A stretch of DNA of 9,680 nt, taken from positions 1 to 9,680 of the forward strand of contig CALXWQ010000098.1 of assembly GCA_944392435.1 (NCBI GenBank), written 5' to 3'. The DNA comes from an uncultured Clostridia bacterium. Lineage in GTDB: Bacteria > Bacillota > Clostridia > TANB77 > CAG-508. The stretch's first letter is position 1; every line of letters starts with the position of its first letter. The position numbers and the translations under genes are program-made. Positions 6,977 to 9,680 of the stretch are shown piece after piece. Under the pieces are notes generated by a model. The model saw nothing but the letters and a program-made list of their open reading frames with translations, did not search any database and had not been told where the DNA came from.

Positions 6977-8854
6977 CTATTTCTCAAAATATGGTTTTAA
7001 TCTTATCTTTTGTGGTTTCAAAATTTTATTTCCATCTGATAAAAATGATAAAGAGCAAAAATTTTCTAGTTCTTGAGTAAAAAACTTAGTATCGTAAACA
7101 AATTCAAAATAAAGTTGAGTACTTATACTCTCAGATATACTAGAATCTGTAGAATTTAAAGAATTTGTTAAATAACTATAGTTAGTTTCTTTTGCGTTTT
7201 CAGAAATGCTCTTAAAATGTTTTTCCTTATCTTCTTTACCAATCTGCTTTTGAGCACTTTCAATAGTAAAAATATCATCAGTTCTAAACCAAAACTTATT
7301 TACTAAATTTTGAATAATAACATCAACTGAATACTTGTTGTTTAGAGTATTTAATAAAGATGTATAACTTTGAGTTGCAACAATATTTATACATTTTGCC
7401 TCTCTACTTTGAGCATAGAATTCACTGTCAGATAAAGTACAATATTCATGATATTCATCAGATATAAAAGCTACTATCCTTTCTGAATTTTTAAAATTAT
7501 TGGCGAGTCTTGCCATAACTTCAGTTTGAAAATCCAATTTCAAATATGTAGCTATTATTTTAGATAGAATTTTATACTCCGAAATATTCATATTGAGTAC
7601 AACAATTTTTCCTGTATTAATTAAATCTTCAAATCCAAAGAAATTTAGCTCTTCTTCCTTAGGATTAAACGTTTTATATGTTTCATAATCAGAGACGAAT
7701 ACATTAGTAATTCTTGTGATTTCAGATTTTAAAATAGATAAAGTCCTCAAATCTAAGGATAAAAATTCTTTTTGAAAGAAGTTAAGTGAAGAAATTAAGT
7801 TATAAATATCATTATCGGAGAATTCATTATTTGAAAATTTAGACCTTAATATTTTTATTTTTTCTAAATAGTAATTATCAACTGAAATTAATTTATGTAT
7901 TTCTTCAAAAGTGACATATCCATTATTATATAATCTGCACAATTTAATACATTCTGTAAGAATTTGCTCTACTTTATCTAGCCAATAAGATTCACTATTA
8001 TTAGGAGAAAACAAAAGTAAGATAGTTTTTAATCTATGAGCTAAGACAGATGGCTTTAGATTTGGTTTGTGCAAAGGGTTATATTTATATTTCCCACCTA
8101 AATTAATAATAATTAAATCATCTTCTCTTCCACAGTTCTTTGCAAATTCTTGAACCTTTAAATAATAGTTCCCTTTTACATCTAATACGAGCATACCAAT
8201 TTTATTTTTATTATCATTATGAGCAAATTCAATCAATTGCTTTGTAAATGGATACATAGCACTACTGGTTTTTCCAGTACCTATAGTTCCAGTAATCAAT
8301 ATGTTTTGGTATAAACTTTTTTCCGATAAAAAGATAGGCTTTTTGTTATCATAAGAATTACCTACAAACAAATTTAAAGGCTTAAAATTATTATTTATTT
8401 TTTCAAAAGTAAGAAAATATTTATTTTTATTAAAAAACTTATAAGTATTTTCAGAAAAAATATTATTTGACTTTTGATACTTTTCGATATTTTCAAAAAA
8501 TGTATATTTATTTTGGGAAAAATTAAAAAACTTTTTTATGTTTAATTTTGTTTTAATAGTATTTCTAAAATTATTAATTAGAATAAATACATTTTTTAAA
8601 ATTAAAGAGAACACTAAATATATAAAATTTGATATAATAAATGAGGAAAAAATATATGAAAATAAAAAGACAAATTTAATATATTTCCATAGAACTGGAT
8701 TTTTTATGCAAATATCAAAAGGATGTATACCATATGTAATAATCACTGAATTAGAATAAAATATTTCTGAAAATAAATAATATCCTATGAAACAATAAAT
8801 GCATGAAAAAATAATAATAAAGAAAAAACGTTTTATAAAAATACCTCCTAACAA
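6977..8854 (-). CDS. Type IV coupling protein (VirD4/TraD/TrwB-like, membrane-anchored ATPase)
   Basis: 625 aa with two N-terminal TM helices (FFFIIIFSCIYCFIGYYLF and FVFLFSYIFSSFIISNFIYLVFSLIL). Walker A is GTIGTGKT (nt 8290-8267), followed by MLVLDVKGNYY and YNPL motifs. An all-alpha insert precedes a Walker B-like RIVAFISDEYHEY, then REAKCINIVATQSYTSL and FRTDD. These elements appear in the order typical of TrwB/TraD/VirD4. The start is uncertain (see findings). Confidence 0.8.
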   Translation of the reverse strand: MLGGIFIKRFFFIIIFSCIYCFIGYYLFSEIFYSNSVIITYGIHPFDICIKNPVLWKYIKFVFLFSYIFSSFIISNFIYLVFSLILKNVFILINNFRNTIKTKLNIKKFFNFSQNKYTFFENIEKYQKSNNIFSENTYKFFNKNKYFLTFEKINNNFKPLNLFVGNSYDNKKPIFLSEKSLYQNILITGTIGTGKTSSAMYPFTKQLIEFAHNDNKNKIGMLVLDVKGNYYLKVQEFAKNCGREDDLIIINLGGKYKYNPLHKPNLKPSVLAHRLKTILLLFSPNNSESYWLDKVEQILTECIKLCRLYNNGYVTFEEIHKLISVDNYYLEKIKILRSKFSNNEFSDNDIYNLISSLNFFQKEFLSLDLRTLSILKSEITRITNVFVSDYETYKTFNPKEEELNFFGFEDLINTGKIVVLNMNISEYKILSKIIATYLKLDFQTEVMARLANNFKNSERIVAFISDEYHEYCTLSDSEFYAQSREAKCINIVATQSYTSLLNTLNNKYSVDVIIQNLVNKFWFRTDDIFTIESAQKQIGKEDKEKHFKSISENAKETNYSYLTNSLNSTDSSISESISTQLYFEFVYDTKFFTQELENFCSLSFLSDGNKILKPQKIRLKPYFEK

Positions 8855-8932
8855 AATTAATTATTGAAAAATTTAGACTTAAGATTTAATTTAGAACCTT
8901 GTAAATTATGAAAAAATTTATTATTGAAAAAT
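8853..8932. repeat. Two copies of a 20-nt direct repeat (19/20 identical), spaced 60 bp
   Basis: AAAATTAATTATTGAAAAAT (8853-8872) and AAAATTTATTATTGAAAAAT (8913-8932). The first copy overlaps the annotated TTG start of the coupling-protein gene. Both lie between the candidate promoter and that gene. Confidence 0.7.
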
Positions 8933-9015
8933 AAGTAAATTGTATAAAGAGTAATAAAAAGATGAATAATAAAAAATATAAAGAATAAATCAATTCTGCT
9001 GAAAATAAACACCAC
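8857..9015 (-). CDS. Candidate small hydrophobic ORF (about 50 aa) upstream of the coupling-protein gene
   Basis: The minus-strand frame is open from GTG (9015-9013) to TAA (8859-8857). It reads VFIFSRIDLFFIFFIIHLFITLYTIYLFFNNKFFHNLQGSKLNLKSKFFNN, which contains one TM-like segment. The SD-like GGAAGGTGG overlaps the GTG, and an in-frame ATT follows 6 nt after it. The stop lies 2 nt before the T4CP TTG. The start is unclear and the sequence is AT-biased, so this is weak. Confidence 0.15.
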   Translation of the reverse strand: MVFIFSRIDLFFIFFIIHLFITLYTIYLFFNNKFFHNLQGSKLNLKSKFFNN

Positions 9016-9032
9016 CTTCCAAATTTTTATAA

Positions 9033-9061
9033 ATAATACAATATTTTTTTCATTTTGTCTA
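9033..9061 (-). promoter_or_regulatory. Candidate promoter for the minus-strand T4SS-like operon
   Basis: On the minus strand: TAGACA (9061-9056), 17-nt spacer, TATTAT (9038-9033). It lies just upstream of the GGAAGGTGG SD-like element. Many alternative hexamers exist in this AT-rich spacer. Confidence 0.3.
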
Positions 9062-9076
9062 TACTTTTTTTGAAAT

Positions 9077-9106
9077 TTGTGGTAAAATTTTAATAATTGT
9101 TATAAT
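9077..9106 (+). promoter_or_regulatory. Candidate promoter for the DUF1858 gene
   Basis: Extended -10 TGtTATAAT (9098-9106) with a weak -35 TTGTGG (9077-9082) and an 18-nt spacer. It lies 55 nt upstream of the ATG at 9161. The SD AAGGAG (9147-9152) sits 8 nt before that ATG. Confidence 0.4.
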
Positions 9107-9160
9107 TTGTAGTTTTTACTGTTATGAAACTATAAATAAATAAGAAAAGGAGATTTTATA

Positions 9161-9346
9161 ATGAACATCAGTAAAGAAACAAAAATAGGTGAGTTATTAG
9201 AAACTGCACCAGAAAAAGCAGAAATTTTAATGGAGGCAGGTATGCATTGCTTAGGATGCCCAGCATCTCAAGCAGAAACATTAGAAGAAGCTTGTGAAGT
9301 ACACGGAATAGATGTAGAAGAATTATTAAAACAACTAAATGCTTAA
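9161..9346 (+). CDS. DUF1858 / hybrid-cluster-protein-associated redox disulfide domain protein
   Basis: 61 aa with the family-typical core GELLETAPEKAEILMEAGMHCLGCPASQAETLEEACEVHGIDVEELL, which includes the CxxC motif. The SD is strong. Confidence 0.85.
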   Translation: MNISKETKIGELLETAPEKAEILMEAGMHCLGCPASQAETLEEACEVHGIDVEELLKQLNA

Positions 9347-9419
9347 ATATACTATAAACTTATTTTTAATAGATTGATAAATATAAGTAAAATACAAGAG
9401 AAAAAGGGATGATGGTGAA

Positions 9420-9680
9420 ATGAAGAAGTCTAAAAAGATTGTTTCAAAAAAAGAGCAGAAAAAGCAAAAAGGTATAACTTTAATTGTTTTAGTAGTAACT
9501 ATAGTTGTAATAATTATTGTTGCTTCTGTTTCATTGGGGTATACATTTGGATTCAATGGATTAATGACTAGAGCTATGCAAGTAGATGAATTTTATTCAA
9601 ATGATACTATTTATACGCAAGAATCGGTATCTAATTTGATTGTACGTATGGATGAAGTAATAAATGAAATAAAGACATAA
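9420..9680 (+). CDS. Small N-terminally anchored protein with a prepilin-like (class III-like) leader
   Basis: 86 aa. A lysine-rich 18-aa leader ending in Gly (MKKSKKIVSKKEQKKQKG) is followed by ITLIVLVVTIVVIIIVA and a hydrophilic C-terminal part. The TAA stop occupies the last 3 nt of the window. It resembles G/(F,I)TLI(E) prepilin N-termini but has Val instead of Glu at +5. Confidence 0.4.
   Translation: MKKSKKIVSKKEQKKQKGITLIVLVVTIVVIIIVASVSLGYTFGFNGLMTRAMQVDEFYSNDTIYTQESVSNLIVRMDEVINEIKT

Noticed and set aside
8538-8759. Plus-strand 73-aa ORF
   Set aside because: It lies antisense inside the N-terminal TM region of the coupling-protein gene. It has no SD and an AT-driven composition.
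5105-8854. Calling the cluster horizontally acquired from lower GC content than gyrA
   Set aside because: Spot counts suggest about 23 percent GC here versus roughly 30 percent or more in gyrA. However, membrane proteins and less conserved genes in AT-rich genomes are normally AT-richer, and I cannot compute proper statistics. Composition is therefore not used as evidence.
9335-9556. Minus-strand 73-aa ORF
   Set aside because: It lies antisense to the prepilin-like gene and overlaps the DUF1858 stop. It has no SD, and the plus-strand ORF has the more protein-like organisation.
1-9680. Alternative genetic code (Mollicutes-like, TGA=Trp), suggested by the extreme AT content
   Set aside because: All long genes, including the 812-aa gyrA, read through with the standard code, with no need for TGA read-through. 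DnaD/DnaI and DUF1858 point to an anaerobic Firmicute.
1-9680. CRISPR arrays, tRNA/rRNA genes, transposase or integrase genes, att-type flanking direct repeats and DnaA-box clusters
   Set aside because: I could find none by eye. The only near DnaA-box (TGTGGTAAA near 9078) has two mismatches and is isolated. Island boundaries cannot be defined without a repeat search and comparative genomes.

Overview
This is a very AT-rich, Firmicute/Clostridia-like chromosomal segment using the standard genetic code. On the plus strand it holds the 3' end of a RelE/ParE-family toxin gene and a complete gyrA (GyrA-box present, wild-type QRDR). A long bidirectional terminator hairpin follows. A 6-kb run of minus-strand genes converges on gyrA. 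Its downstream end is a DnaD-domain initiator and a DnaC/DnaI-type helicase loader with their own strong promoter. Upstream of that pair is a compact four-gene membrane/ATPase set: a VirD4/TraD-type coupling protein with two N-terminal TM helices, a signal-peptide-bearing VirB2/TrbC/Maff2-like two-TM protein, a six-TM VirB6-like protein and a PrgI/TcpE (VirB3)-like protein. This matches the gene order at the start of Firmicute conjugation modules, but it stops exactly where the VirB4 ATPase should follow. No VirB4, relaxase, hydrolase or integrase is visible, and all ORFs are intact. I regard this orphan, possibly domesticated mini-T4SS-like module as the most interesting object in the window. 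The right end carries, on the plus strand, a DUF1858/hybrid-cluster-associated CxxC protein and a small protein with a prepilin-like leader. No rRNA, tRNA, CRISPR array or transposase was seen. Calls for the small membrane proteins rest on topology, motifs and synteny read by eye, not on alignments.
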